From Asaia bogorensis (GTDB lineage Bacteria; Pseudomonadota; Alphaproteobacteria; Reyranellales; Reyranellaceae): a DNA stretch of 64,000 nt. Shown piece by piece: positions 29,392 to 38,883 of the stretch. The notes under the pieces are model-generated. The model was not told where the DNA came from. It made no database searches and saw only the letters and a program-made list of their open reading frames with translations. The stretch covers positions 10,637 to 74,636 of the forward strand of contig CAMDCE010000010.1 of the NCBI GenBank assembly GCA_945889625.1, written 5' to 3'. Position 1 is the stretch's first letter; every line of letters starts with the position of its first letter. A program made the translations under genes and the position numbers.

Positions 29392-29861
29392 GCAATTGGC
29401 TGACGTTTCGCCAGAAAGCGCTCGAGCTTGTCAAACGAGCCGGTCCAGCCGGCGTTGTGGTTGTCCCTGCTGGGCGTGTCGGCAAACGGCCCGTGAATCA
29501 GGGTCAACTCGGTCTTGTCGCCGAGCGCGCGCAACTCGATGCGCACCGTCGTTTCGTGGCCGCGCGGCCTGGCATAGTCGCCATCGGCATGATGGGCCCA
29601 GGTGAAGACCAGCCGCTCGGGCCGCTTGACCTCGACATACTTGCCCGACGAGGCGAAGACACGGCCGCCGTCGTGATGGCCGCCTACCCGCCAGGCGCCG
29701 CCCGGCCGCACGTCGATCTCGCACACCGTCACCTCCACACCGGGCGGGCATATCCACTGAACGTACAGGTCCTGCTTCGCCCAGGCATCGAACACGCGCT
29801 CGCGCGGCGCGTCGAATACACGAACGAGGCGCAGCGTCTTGGTATCGAGGACAGTATCCAT
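29388..29861 (-). CDS. SRPBCC/AHSA1 domain protein
   Basis: LRLVRVFDAPRERVFDAW, DVRPGGAWR, ERLVFTW, GWTGSFDKL; start ATG 29861. Confidence 0.9.
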   Translation of the reverse strand: MDTVLDTKTLRLVRVFDAPRERVFDAWAKQDLYVQWICPPGVEVTVCEIDVRPGGAWRVGGHHDGGRVFASSGKYVEVKRPERLVFTWAHHADGDYARPRGHETTVRIELRALGDKTELTLIHGPFADTPSRDNHNAGWTGSFDKLERFLAKRQPIA

Positions 29862-29872
29862 GGCAGCCTCCT

Positions 29873-30574
29873 TCAGTAGCGATCGTGCCGGCGCACCCAG
29901 GCCATCGGGTGCTTGGGATCCTCGTCGCGGCCCTTCGAGGTCATGTCGAGCAGGTGATAGGCGCCATTCAGCACGTCCAGCCCGCGGGCATAGGTCGAGT
30001 AGGTGCGGTGGATCGCGCCGTCGTCGCCACCCCCGCTCAATTTCCGGAAGGCGCTGAGGCCGGGCGCTTCCTGGCCGTAGGGCTTCATGGTGTCGATGTT
30101 GTACTTGGCGCCCTGCTCGTTCGGCTGGAACGACACGGCGTAGTCGAAATTGAAATCGTTGCCGAGCGACGACACCCAGCGGACGTTCCAGCCCATGCGC
30201 TTGCGGTAGGCCTCGAGCCTGGCGATCGGCGCGCGCGAGATCAGCACGAAGGCCGTATCGCGCTGTGCGAGATGGACGTCGACACCGTTGAAATTGTCGG
30301 TCCAGAACGAGCAGCTCGGGCAGCCCTCGTTCCAGTCCGGACCGAACATGAAATGCTGGACGATGAGCTGGCTCTTGCCGGCGAACAGGTCGGAGAGCGT
30401 GGCTTTGCCCTCCGGCGTTTCGAAGACGTAGCTTTTTGCGACCTTCTCCCACGGCAGCTCGCGCCGCTCGCGGGCCAGTTGGTCGCGCTGGCGCGTGAAC
30501 TCCTTCTCCTTGGCGAGATGGGCCTTCGCCGCCTTCATCCACTCTTCGTGCGATACGATGCGAGGTGTCGTCAT
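29873..30574 (-). CDS. DUF899 family thioredoxin-like protein
   Basis: EKEFTRQRDQLARERRELPW, HFMFGPDW..GCPSCS, YSTYARG, LLDMTSKGRDE. Confidence 0.9.
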   Translation of the reverse strand: MTTPRIVSHEEWMKAAKAHLAKEKEFTRQRDQLARERRELPWEKVAKSYVFETPEGKATLSDLFAGKSQLIVQHFMFGPDWNEGCPSCSFWTDNFNGVDVHLAQRDTAFVLISRAPIARLEAYRKRMGWNVRWVSSLGNDFNFDYAVSFQPNEQGAKYNIDTMKPYGQEAPGLSAFRKLSGGGDDGAIHRTYSTYARGLDVLNGAYHLLDMTSKGRDEDPKHPMAWVRRHDRY

Positions 30575-31059
30575 GTTGACCTCCTGAGAAAGTCACCGAG
30601 CTTGTCGAACGACTCGGTCCAGCCGTGGTTGTGTGCGTCGTGATGCTGCTGATCGTCGAACACGGCCTGGGTGAAGACCATTTCGGTGCGCTGACCGACC
30701 GGCTTGAACTGGATGGTGACGATGGTCTCGGGACCGCGCGGCGAGGCGAAGTCATCCTTCTCGTGCCACGCGAAGGTGTAAACCAGGCGCCGCGGCGGCT
30801 CGATCTCGAGATATTTTCCCGACACGGTCGGCCGTACGAGGTCTGGGGTGCTGTGCCCTGGAATGTCTCTGCCCTCGCCCATCAGCCGCCAGACACCGCC
30901 GACCCGGGCGTCGATCTCGCACATCACGGTCTTCATGCCGACCGGACCGAACCAGGCGCCGAACTGCTCGGGATCGGTCCAGGCGGCGAACACGCGCTCC
31001 GGCGTGGCGTCGAACGTGCGCGTCATGCGCAGGATGAGACCGCTGGCGGATTCAGCCAC
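30571..31059 (-). CDS. SRPBCC/AHSA1 domain protein
   Basis: LRMTRTFDATPERVFAAWTDP, DARVGGVWR, GWTESFDKL; GTG start. Confidence 0.9.
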   Translation of the reverse strand: MAESASGLILRMTRTFDATPERVFAAWTDPEQFGAWFGPVGMKTVMCEIDARVGGVWRLMGEGRDIPGHSTPDLVRPTVSGKYLEIEPPRRLVYTFAWHEKDDFASPRGPETIVTIQFKPVGQRTEMVFTQAVFDDQQHHDAHNHGWTESFDKLGDFLRRST

Positions 31060-31420
31060 GGCGTTTCCCCTTCTTCGGCTTGATGGGTGGTGCTGCGGGC
31101 GCGTCGGGCGCCGTGCGCTTCAGGAACGCATCGAGCTTGTCGAACTGCTGCTCCCAGAAACGGCGGTAGAATTCAATCCAGTCGGCCGCCGCCCGCATGC
31201 CCTCGCCGCGCAGTTCGCAGCGCCGCCACTGCGCCTCGGTGTGGCGCTCGATCAGGCCGGCATCGGTCAGCACCCTGAGATGGCGCGACACCGCCGGTAG
31301 CGACATGTCGAACGGCAGGGCGAGCTCGCCCACGGTGGCGTCGCCCGAGGCGAGCCGCGCCAGGATGGCCCGGCGGGTCGGGTCGGCCAGGGCCGAGAAG
31401 GTTTGCGAGAGTGAATCCAT
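31052..31420 (-). CDS. ArsR/SmtB family transcriptional regulator
   Basis: FSALADPTRRAIL, MSLPAVSRHLRVL..AGLI, YRRFWEQQFDKL. Confidence 0.92.
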   Translation of the reverse strand: MDSLSQTFSALADPTRRAILARLASGDATVGELALPFDMSLPAVSRHLRVLTDAGLIERHTEAQWRRCELRGEGMRAAADWIEFYRRFWEQQFDKLDAFLKRTAPDAPAAPPIKPKKGKRRG

Positions 31421-31460
31421 ATTTAACGGATAGGTTAAATACACCTCATGCTACTGTCAA
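31420..31460 (-). promoter_or_regulatory. sigma70 promoter with overlapping ArsR-type operator
   Basis: TTGACA (31460-31455)-N17-TAACCT (31437-31432); palindrome TATTTAAC-N6-GTTAAATA (31420-31441). Confidence 0.75.
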
Positions 31461-31484
31461 CCCGCAAAAACCGAGGGGCTGAGA

Positions 31485-31796
31485 ATGTTGGTGGTGCTCG
31501 CCGAAGCACGCTTCGACCCGGCGCAGACCGAAAGAGTGCGGGCGGTGGCGCGACCGATGATCCGGGCCTCGCGCGCCGAGCCGGGCTGCGCCAGCTATGA
31601 CTACGCCTTCGACCTGCTCGAGCCCGACCTGATGCGCGTGCGCGAACTGTGGAAGGACGAGCGGGCGCTGAAGGACCACTTCGCCACGCCGCATATGGCG
31701 GTCTTCCTCAAGGGCCTGCGCGATCTCGCGCCGAAGTCCGTGACCGTGAAATGTTACGAGCTGGGGCCCGAGCGGAAGATGCCCAACGCCTCCTAG
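31485..31796 (+). CDS. putative quinol monooxygenase (ABM domain)
   Basis: SRAEPGCASY, RELWKD..ALKDHFATPH. Confidence 0.88.
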   Translation: MLVVLAEARFDPAQTERVRAVARPMIRASRAEPGCASYDYAFDLLEPDLMRVRELWKDERALKDHFATPHMAVFLKGLRDLAPKSVTVKCYELGPERKMPNAS

Positions 31797-31811
31797 CTGG
31801 GTGAGGTTACC

Positions 31812-31979
31812 ATGATGAAGCTCTCAGCCCTCATGGCTACCCTGCTTGCCATCGCGGCAGGCTGCGCCTCGTGCGCGAACGCGCCGGGTGCGGATGGTCG
31901 ATATGCCACCCACGACAGGGGCGCCGGGAACCGGGAAGGCGGGCGCGGTTTGCCTGCAACACCGTATGTGCCGCGCTAG
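31812..31979 (+). CDS. small putative lipoprotein (55 aa)
   Basis: GAGG RBS; MMKLSALMATLLAIAAGC with lipobox-like AAGC; absent from ORF track. Confidence 0.55.
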   Translation: MMKLSALMATLLAIAAGCASCANAPGADGRYATHDRGAGNREGGRGLPATPYVPR

Positions 31980-32185
31980 CGAAGGATGCCCACCGCGGCC
32001 TGGGACGTCTCCTCATAGGCTGAGCATGCCGAGCGGCGGATACGCGCGGGATACTGCGGGGTAGGGGCGGAGTCGAACCACCGGCGAATCTTCTTGAAAA
32101 GGAATATTCAGAGTTACATCGTCGGCCTCGGCAGCGAACAAAGAAAGCGTGGCAACGACCACGACCGAAGTGGAGGAACAACACC

Positions 32186-33151
32186 ATGCGCAGGCTGCGA
32201 CGCCGGGATTTTCTCGGCTCTCTTGCCGTAACCGCCGGATGGCCGGCGGTAACCCGGGCCCAGTCCTCATATCCTTCCAAGCCGATCCGGATCGTTCATG
32301 GTTACGGCCCCGGTTCCAATCCCGACATCATCGCGCGTGTGATCTCGCCAAGCCTCATGAGCACGCTGGGCCAATCCGTGATCGTCGAACCCAAGCCGGG
32401 TGCCGGCGAGCGGATCGCCGCGCAATACCTGATGAACCAGCCATCCGACGGCTACACGCTGTACCTGATCACGGGCGGCGCGAACGTCATCAGCGCGACG
32501 GACCCCCAGGTGACCTTCAGTACGCTGAAGGACTTCTCCTATATCTCGACAATCACGCTCTTTCCGTTCGCCCTGTTCGTTGGAGAAAAATCGCCCATCC
32601 GGACGCTGAAGGACCTGATGGCGGCCGCCCGGGAGCGCCCTGGCAAGCTGAACTATGGGCATGCCGGCACCGGCAACACGCTGCACCTCGCCATCGAATT
32701 GCTGAAGGCCAGGACCGGCATCGAGATGGAAGCGGTGGCCTACAAGGACCAGGCACAATTGATCTCTGACGTCATGAGCGGTCGTCTCGATATGTCCGTG
32801 AGCACATTCACCAACTTCCACAGCGCCCTCATCGGCCGGCAGGCGCGGGCCATCGCGGTCACCTCGCTGCAACGCTGGCCGCTCAATCCCGACATCCCGC
32901 CGGCAGCCGACGACGTCCCCGGCTACGAGGTCGTCTCATGGCTGGGCCTCGCCGCGCCGGCCGGTTTGCCGCGGGACGTCTCTGAAAAGCTCGCCGAGGC
33001 CGTGAAGGTCGCGGTGGCGCTGCCTGAAATTCAGACCCGGTTGCGCGACATGGGCAACGAGGCGCGCGCCAGCACGCCCGAGCAGTTCCGTGCGCGGGTC
33101 GTGGCCGACTACGACAAGTGGAAGCCGCTCGCCAAGATCGTCTACCCCTGA
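32186..33151 (+). CDS. Bug/TctC tripartite tricarboxylate transporter substrate-binding protein, Tat signal
   Basis: RRRDFL, YPSKPIRIVHGYGPG, LNYGHAGTG, SWLGLAAPAGLP. Confidence 0.92.
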   Translation: MRRLRRRDFLGSLAVTAGWPAVTRAQSSYPSKPIRIVHGYGPGSNPDIIARVISPSLMSTLGQSVIVEPKPGAGERIAAQYLMNQPSDGYTLYLITGGANVISATDPQVTFSTLKDFSYISTITLFPFALFVGEKSPIRTLKDLMAAARERPGKLNYGHAGTGNTLHLAIELLKARTGIEMEAVAYKDQAQLISDVMSGRLDMSVSTFTNFHSALIGRQARAIAVTSLQRWPLNPDIPPAADDVPGYEVVSWLGLAAPAGLPRDVSEKLAEAVKVAVALPEIQTRLRDMGNEARASTPEQFRARVVADYDKWKPLAKIVYP

Positions 33152-33206
33152 TTGTCGACAGCAATGGCTCGCCCGCGAATCGAAAAGCTTCCAAGCGGGC
33201 TGCCGG

Positions 33207-34337
33207 ATGATCAAGGCTGAAGCGCGCGCATTGGAGGAGTACCGCCGCGCGCGCGTGCCGCTGTACAATGACCAGAAGCTCAAGCTCGGTGTCTTCGGCA
33301 TCAATTGCAGCTACGGACTCAACATCTCACACGCCCCCACCACCTATAAGGTGACCTGGGAACACACGTCCGAGATCGTCAAGCGTGCCGATGCCATGGG
33401 CTTCGAGCTGGCCCTGCCGGTGGCGCGCTGGCGCGGTTTCGGCGGCACGACCGACTTCAACGGCGAATCGTTCGAAACCTACACCTGGGCGGCGGGGCTC
33501 GCCCAGGCGACCAAGAACATCATGGTTGTCGCGACCTCGCACGTGCCGACGGTGCATCCCATCGTTGCCGCAAAGCAGGCAACAACTATCGACCATATCT
33601 CCAATGGCCGCTTTGCCCTCAACCTCGTGATGGGCTGGTTCACGCCGGAGATGGAGATGTTCCAGGGTGCCCAGCGGGCACACGACGATCGCTACCGTTA
33701 CGGCGCCGAGTGGCTGACCATCGTCAAGCGCCTGTGGACGGACGAGGAGCCGTTCGATTTCGAGTCGGCGCATTTCCAGATCAGGCAGGCACAGGCCCAT
33801 CCGAAGCCGATCCAGAAACCCTATCCGGTCCTGATCAACGCCGGCCATTCACCGGCTGCCACGAATTTCTCCGCCCGTGAGGTCGATTTCAGTTTCGTGG
33901 GCTTCGACAGCGTCGAATCGGTCAAGGCAGTGGCCGCCCGGGTGCGCGGGATGGCCCGCGCGGAGTATCAGCGCGATATCGGCGTGTGCACCTCGGCTCT
34001 TGTCGTTTGCAGGGAGACCGAGGCCGAGGCGCGCCGGGTCTATCGCAGCATCATCGAGCAAGGCGACTGGGTGGCCGCCGACAATCTCATGAAGGTGCTG
34101 GGCATCGAGAGCCAATCGTTCAACGACCGCATCCAGAAGTATCGCGAGCGCCTGGTCGCGGGCTGGGGCACCAATCCCATCATCGGCACACCCGAGCAGG
34201 TCACCGCTCAGCTCGCCGAGGTCTCGGCGGCAGGCATCGATGGCGTGGTGTTCGGCTTCCTCGACTACAACGAGGAGCTCAAATATTTCGACAGCGCGGT
34301 GATGCCGCTGCTGCGCCAGGCGGGGCTTCGGAAGTAG
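33207..34337 (+). CDS. LLM class flavin-dependent monooxygenase (RutA/SsuD-like)
   Basis: LKLGVFG, LPVARWRGFGG, TIDHISNGRFALNLV, PKPIQKPYPVLINAG. Confidence 0.88.
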   Translation: MIKAEARALEEYRRARVPLYNDQKLKLGVFGINCSYGLNISHAPTTYKVTWEHTSEIVKRADAMGFELALPVARWRGFGGTTDFNGESFETYTWAAGLAQATKNIMVVATSHVPTVHPIVAAKQATTIDHISNGRFALNLVMGWFTPEMEMFQGAQRAHDDRYRYGAEWLTIVKRLWTDEEPFDFESAHFQIRQAQAHPKPIQKPYPVLINAGHSPAATNFSAREVDFSFVGFDSVESVKAVAARVRGMARAEYQRDIGVCTSALVVCRETEAEARRVYRSIIEQGDWVAADNLMKVLGIESQSFNDRIQKYRERLVAGWGTNPIIGTPEQVTAQLAEVSAAGIDGVVFGFLDYNEELKYFDSAVMPLLRQAGLRK

Positions 34338-34399
34338 AGCGGCAGCGCAAGCGTGGTGCCGTCGGGATCACAGCCGAACGGTGCCCGACACTCACCTGC

Positions 34400-35731
34400 C
34401 TAGCCGCGCTTCCAGGTCGTGCCCTTGGGCCCGTCCTCGAGGATCACGCCCTTGGCCTTGAGATCGTCGCGGATGCGGTCGGATTCCTTGAAGTCCTTCG
34501 CCTGGCGCGCCGCCTGACGGGCGGCGATCGCGGCGTCGATCTCGGCGTCGGTCGGCCCCGACGCTCCTTCCGGCCTCCAGCGGAACCACGCTTCGGCATC
34601 CTGCTGCAGGAGGCCGAGCGCATTGGCGCCGGCGCACAGCGCCGCCGGATCGGCAAGCTGATGAATGGCGCCGATTGCCATCGGGGTGTTGAGGTCGTCG
34701 GACAGCGCGTCTTCGACGGACTCCGGAACCGCGCCACCAGCCTTGGTATTCCTGCCGCGCAGCGCACCGTACCAGCGGTCGAGCGTCGCCTTGGCGTTGG
34801 TCAACCCCTCGTGCGTGAAGTCGAGCGGCTGGCGGTAGTGCGCCGAGAGCAGCAGCAGGCGGATCGCCTCGCCGGGGAACTGGTCGAGCAGCTCGTGCAC
34901 GGTGAAAAAATTGCCGAGCGACTTGCTCATCTTCTCGCCGGAGATGTTGAGGAAGCCGTTGTGCATCCAGTACTTCGCCATCAGCGGGTGGCCGAAAGCG
35001 CTGCGGCTCTGCGCGATCTCGTTCTCGTGGTGGGGGAAAATGAGGTCGAGCCCGCCGGCGTGGATGTCGAAGGTCTCGCCGAGCAGCGCGCCGCTCATCG
35101 CCGAGCACTCGATGTGCCAACCCGGCCGGCCGCGGCCCCACGGGCTCGCCCAACCAGGCTGCGCCGGCGTCGAGGGCTTCCACAGCACGAAGTCGGCCGG
35201 GTCCTTCTTGTAGGGCGCCACCTCGACGCGGGCCCCGGCGATCAGCTCGTCGCGCGAGCGCCGCGACAAGCGGCCGTAGTCGGCCATGCTGGGCACGCTG
35301 AACAGCACATGGCCTTCGGCGGCATAGGCATGGCCGTTGTCGACCAGGCGGCCGATCAGCGCGACCATCTTGTCGACATACCGGGTGGCGCGCGGCTCGC
35401 CGTCGGGTGACAAGGCACCCAGCTTCAGCATGTCGCTCTGGTAGGCGCTCGCCGTACGGTCGGTCAGAGCGTCGATGCTCTCCTTGTTGGCCGCGGCGCG
35501 CACGATGATGCGGTCATCGATGTCGGTGATGTTGCGCACGTAGGTGACGCGCGGATAACGCCGCTTGAGGAGCCGATAAAGCGTGTCGAACGCCACGACG
35601 GGCCGCGCATTGCCGATATGGACATAGTCGTAGACCGTCGGGCCGCAGACATAGAGGCGCACATGGGCCGCATCGAGCGGCACGAACGGCTCTTTCTCGC
35701 GCGACAGCGTATTGTAGATGACGAGGGACAT
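34400..35731 (-). CDS. cysS: cysteine--tRNA ligase
   Basis: YVCGPTVYD, HIGN, GRPGWHIECS, FPHHENE, KMSKS. Confidence 0.98.
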   Translation of the reverse strand: MSLVIYNTLSREKEPFVPLDAAHVRLYVCGPTVYDYVHIGNARPVVAFDTLYRLLKRRYPRVTYVRNITDIDDRIIVRAAANKESIDALTDRTASAYQSDMLKLGALSPDGEPRATRYVDKMVALIGRLVDNGHAYAAEGHVLFSVPSMADYGRLSRRSRDELIAGARVEVAPYKKDPADFVLWKPSTPAQPGWASPWGRGRPGWHIECSAMSGALLGETFDIHAGGLDLIFPHHENEIAQSRSAFGHPLMAKYWMHNGFLNISGEKMSKSLGNFFTVHELLDQFPGEAIRLLLLSAHYRQPLDFTHEGLTNAKATLDRWYGALRGRNTKAGGAVPESVEDALSDDLNTPMAIGAIHQLADPAALCAGANALGLLQQDAEAWFRWRPEGASGPTDAEIDAAIAARQAARQAKDFKESDRIRDDLKAKGVILEDGPKGTTWKRG

Positions 35732-35746
35732 CGCCCTTCTCCCGAA

Positions 35747-35800
35747 TCACATGCAGACGAAGACTGACCGGCCCGAAACGGACCTCAGACCTCGATACAT
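35747..35800 (-). other. candidate Cys-containing leader peptide (MYRGLRSVSGRSVFVCM)
   Basis: 17-aa uORF ending 15 bp before the cysS ATG, TGC as penultimate codon. Confidence 0.35.
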
Positions 35801-35889
35801 CGCGCGACGACCGCGCCCGGGAGAAGAAAGAACAACATACCTCAAGTTAACCGATGCGTTCCTGCTACGCAAATGAGCTGCGAGAGCAA

Positions 35890-36006
35890 GACCCCCTCCG
35901 CCCCCGATTACAGGGCCACCTCCCCCGAAGACGGGGGAGGAGAATGAATCTCTTCCTCCCCCGTCTTCGGGGGAGGTGGCGCCGTCATACGGCGACGGAG
36001 GGGGTC
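35890..36006. repeat. nested palindromic REP-like element
   Basis: Perfect 27-bp inverted repeat (35915-35941 / 35954-35980), each arm itself a CCTCCCCCG/CGGGGGAGG hairpin; outer GACCCCCTCCG/CGGAGGGGGTC repeat. Confidence 0.85.
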
Positions 36007-36012
36007 ATGGCC

Positions 36013-37347
36013 TTAGGCCGACTGCCCCTTCAATCGTGCTTCGGCCTTGGCCCTGCCGATCAGCGGCAGGAGCTTGGCCATCTCCGGGCCGGTCTCGCGC
36101 GCCGTAAGCGCAAGGCGCAGCGGATGGAACAGCGCCTTGCCTTTCCGGCCGAGCCCCGACGTCCAGGTCTTCCACGTCGCCTCGTCCCACGGCTCGGGCG
36201 GAAGCCTGGCAGCGGCATCGGCCAAGAACTCGGCATCCTCGATCTTGGGCGAGACGGACCCCCGCATGACTTCGGCCCAGATCTTCGCGTCGTCGAGCTT
36301 TTCGAGATTGCCGCGCACGGCGAGCCAGAAAGCCTCGCCGGGATCGTCGGCAAGACGGCTCCGCACGGCGGCATAGGGCATGGCGTGCAGGGTTCGGGCG
36401 CTGAGATGTGCCAGTTCCTCCTCCGAGAAGCGCGCCGCCGCGCGGCCGACCCGGGCGAAGTCGACGGTCGCGAGGAGCGCGTCGAACGAGGCCACCGGCT
36501 CGACCGGATCGGCGGTGCCGAGGCGGGCAAGGAGAGCCGCAATGGCGAGCGCCTCGATGCCACGCTCGCGCAACTCGCCGATCGACAGCGAACCGGCACG
36601 CTTGCTCAAGCCGCCGCCCGACGCGTCGACCAGCAGCGGCAGATGGGCGAACGCCGGCACGTCGGCGTCGAGGGCGCCGAACATCTGGATCTGCGCGCCG
36701 GTGTTGGTGACGTGATCCTCGCCGCGAATGACGTGCGTGATGCGGAAGTCGATGTCGTCGACCACCGAGGTGAAGCTGTAGAGACAGGAGCCGTCGGCGC
36801 GCACCAGCACGGGATCGCTCTGGCTCGCCTCGTCGACATGCTGGGCGCCCCGCACCAGGTCGTCCCAGCGTACCTGCTCCGAGGCGAGCTTGAAGCGCCA
36901 GTGAGGCCTGCGGCCCTCGGCCTCGAGCCTTGCCCGCTGGGCGGAATCAAGTTTCAGCGCGGCGCGATCGTAGACCGGCGGGCGGCCCTGGGCGAGCAGG
37001 CGCTTGCGCCGGAACTCGAGTTCCTCCGGCGTCTCGTAGCAGGGATAGAGGCGGCCGGCGGCGACCAGCCGGTCCCGCGCCGCATCGTAGTGGCTGAGCC
37101 GGTCGGACTGGCGCTCCTTCAGGGTCCAGTCGAGGCCCAGCCACAGGAGATCGCGCTCGATCGCGGCCTCGTATTCGGGCTTGCTGCGGCTGCGGTCGGT
37201 GTCGTCCAACCGCAGGATGAAGCTGCCGCCGTGCCGGCGGGCAAACAGCCAGTTGAACAACGCTGCCCTAATATTGCCGACATGCAGCAGCCCAGTGGGG
37301 CTCGGCGCGAAACGGACTACAGGTGGCGGTTCGGCAGGGCTGGCCAT
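36013..37347 (-). CDS. gltX: glutamate--tRNA ligase
   Basis: [45 protein letters not shown]. Confidence 0.95.
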   Translation of the reverse strand: MASPAEPPPVVRFAPSPTGLLHVGNIRAALFNWLFARRHGGSFILRLDDTDRSRSKPEYEAAIERDLLWLGLDWTLKERQSDRLSHYDAARDRLVAAGRLYPCYETPEELEFRRKRLLAQGRPPVYDRAALKLDSAQRARLEAEGRRPHWRFKLASEQVRWDDLVRGAQHVDEASQSDPVLVRADGSCLYSFTSVVDDIDFRITHVIRGEDHVTNTGAQIQMFGALDADVPAFAHLPLLVDASGGGLSKRAGSLSIGELRERGIEALAIAALLARLGTADPVEPVASFDALLATVDFARVGRAAARFSEEELAHLSARTLHAMPYAAVRSRLADDPGEAFWLAVRGNLEKLDDAKIWAEVMRGSVSPKIEDAEFLADAAARLPPEPWDEATWKTWTSGLGRKGKALFHPLRLALTARETGPEMAKLLPLIGRAKAEARLKGQSA

Positions 37348-37465
37348 GACCGGCGACTTGTGGCGGCGGGCCGTTGGCGGGTCAAGCGGGCTCCGCTAGT
37401 GTCATACTGGGGACCGCCATCGAATTGTTCAGTGAAACGCTGAAATGAGCACAGGGAGCAGTAGA

Positions 37466-38440
37466 ATGAAACGCCGCCATCTTCTTGCCGCCGGCCTCGG
37501 CACGCTCGCCACACCGGCGATCGTGCGTGCGCAACCTAAATATCCGGATCGCACGGTCCGCTTCGTCGTGCCGTTTCCGGCAGGAGGCCCCACAGATGTC
37601 ATCGGCCGAATGGTGGCCGACAAATTGTCGTCGCTGATCGGGCAGACCGTGATCGTCGACAACAAGTCCGGTGCGGCCGGCGCGATCGGCGCCATGGATG
37701 TCAAGAACGCCAAGCCGGACGGCTACACGCTTCTGGTCGCGACCTCGTCCACGCATGCCATCAATCCGACCGCGTTCGTCAAGCCACCCTACGATCCGAT
37801 CAAGGATTTCACGCCGATCTCGTCGATCTGCACCAATCCGGCGGTGCTCGTGACGCATCCCTCGATGCCGCCGACGGTGCAGGGCCTGATCGAGCTCATG
37901 AAGAAGAACCCGGGCAAGTATTCGTACGGATCGTCCGGCATCGGCAGCATTCTTCACCTTGCCGCTGAGTACTTCAAAAAGGAAGTCGGCGGCCTGGACG
38001 TGGTGCACGTGCCCTACAAGGGCTCGACGCCCGCCCTGCAGGATCTGCTGGCCGGCAACGTCGTCTGGATGTTCGAGACTTTCGGCGGGACCCTGCAGCA
38101 TCATCGTGCCGGCAAGTTGCGAATCCTGGGATTTGCCAACGCCACGCGCGCCGCGATCGCGCCGGAGATCCCGACGATGTCGGAGGCCGGCGTGAAGGGA
38201 TACGAAGCCTATACCTTCAATCTCATCCTCGGGCCCGCCGGACTGCCTCAGCCGATCGTCGATACGATCGACCAGGCCTCACGCAAGCTCATGGCCGACG
38301 AGAGCGTCATCAAGTTCCTGAAAGACATTGCCGCCGTCCCGGCAACCGACACCTCGCCCGAGCGCACGGCGCGGTTCATCAAGGGCGAGCTCGCCAAGTG
38401 GGCGCCGATTATCCGCGCCGCCGACGTCAAGATCGAATAG
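37466..38440 (+). CDS. Bug/TctC substrate-binding protein, Tat signal
   Basis: MKRRHLL, YPDRTVRFVVPFPAGG, PDGYTLL, HVPYKGS, PEIPTMSEAG. Confidence 0.92.
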   Translation: MKRRHLLAAGLGTLATPAIVRAQPKYPDRTVRFVVPFPAGGPTDVIGRMVADKLSSLIGQTVIVDNKSGAAGAIGAMDVKNAKPDGYTLLVATSSTHAINPTAFVKPPYDPIKDFTPISSICTNPAVLVTHPSMPPTVQGLIELMKKNPGKYSYGSSGIGSILHLAAEYFKKEVGGLDVVHVPYKGSTPALQDLLAGNVVWMFETFGGTLQHHRAGKLRILGFANATRAAIAPEIPTMSEAGVKGYEAYTFNLILGPAGLPQPIVDTIDQASRKLMADESVIKFLKDIAAVPATDTSPERTARFIKGELAKWAPIIRAADVKIE

Positions 38441-38496
38441 CGCTAACCGGCGCGTAACGCGCGTCGGAATCGAATAGTCCAGTCGGCTCGCAATGA

Positions 38497-38874
38497 TCAG
38501 CGCGGCGCCATGGGAGACGCCGCGCCCGGGCCGGAGCCTACGCCGGCACCGGCACCTTCACTGGGCGCCGCGATCGAACCAGGCGCAGGGGCGCCGGTGC
38601 TGCTGATGTAGTAACCGGCCACCGCGTTGGAGGTCGCCTTGAGTTCCTTGTCCATCTTGGCCGGCACGTCGACCATGCCGATACGCTCGCCGCGCTTGTT
38701 GAGACGATAGCCTTCGGCGTCCAGAACATAGTTCTCGTTGTCGACGCGAAGGCCGTCCGCCGCCGTGCGATAGGACGGCGGTATCGTGACCAGCTTGTAT
38801 TCGGGCACCGGCTGATTGCACCCGGCGATCGCCACACAAATCGAGGTCAGGACGATCACGCGGGTCGCAGCCAT
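38497..38874 (-). CDS. hypothetical lipoprotein
   Basis: Hydrophobic leader with IAGC lipobox; LDAEGYRLNKRGERI motif. Confidence 0.7.
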   Translation of the reverse strand: MAATRVIVLTSICVAIAGCNQPVPEYKLVTIPPSYRTAADGLRVDNENYVLDAEGYRLNKRGERIGMVDVPAKMDKELKATSNAVAGYYISSTGAPAPGSIAAPSEGAGAGVGSGPGAASPMAPR

Positions 38875-38883
38875 TCAATCCCC

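Noticed and set aside
38448-38463. GCGCGT-AA-CGCGC hairpin similar to the inner loop of E1/E2
   Set aside because: Too short and GC-rich; flanking stems and CTAnAGC ends are absent
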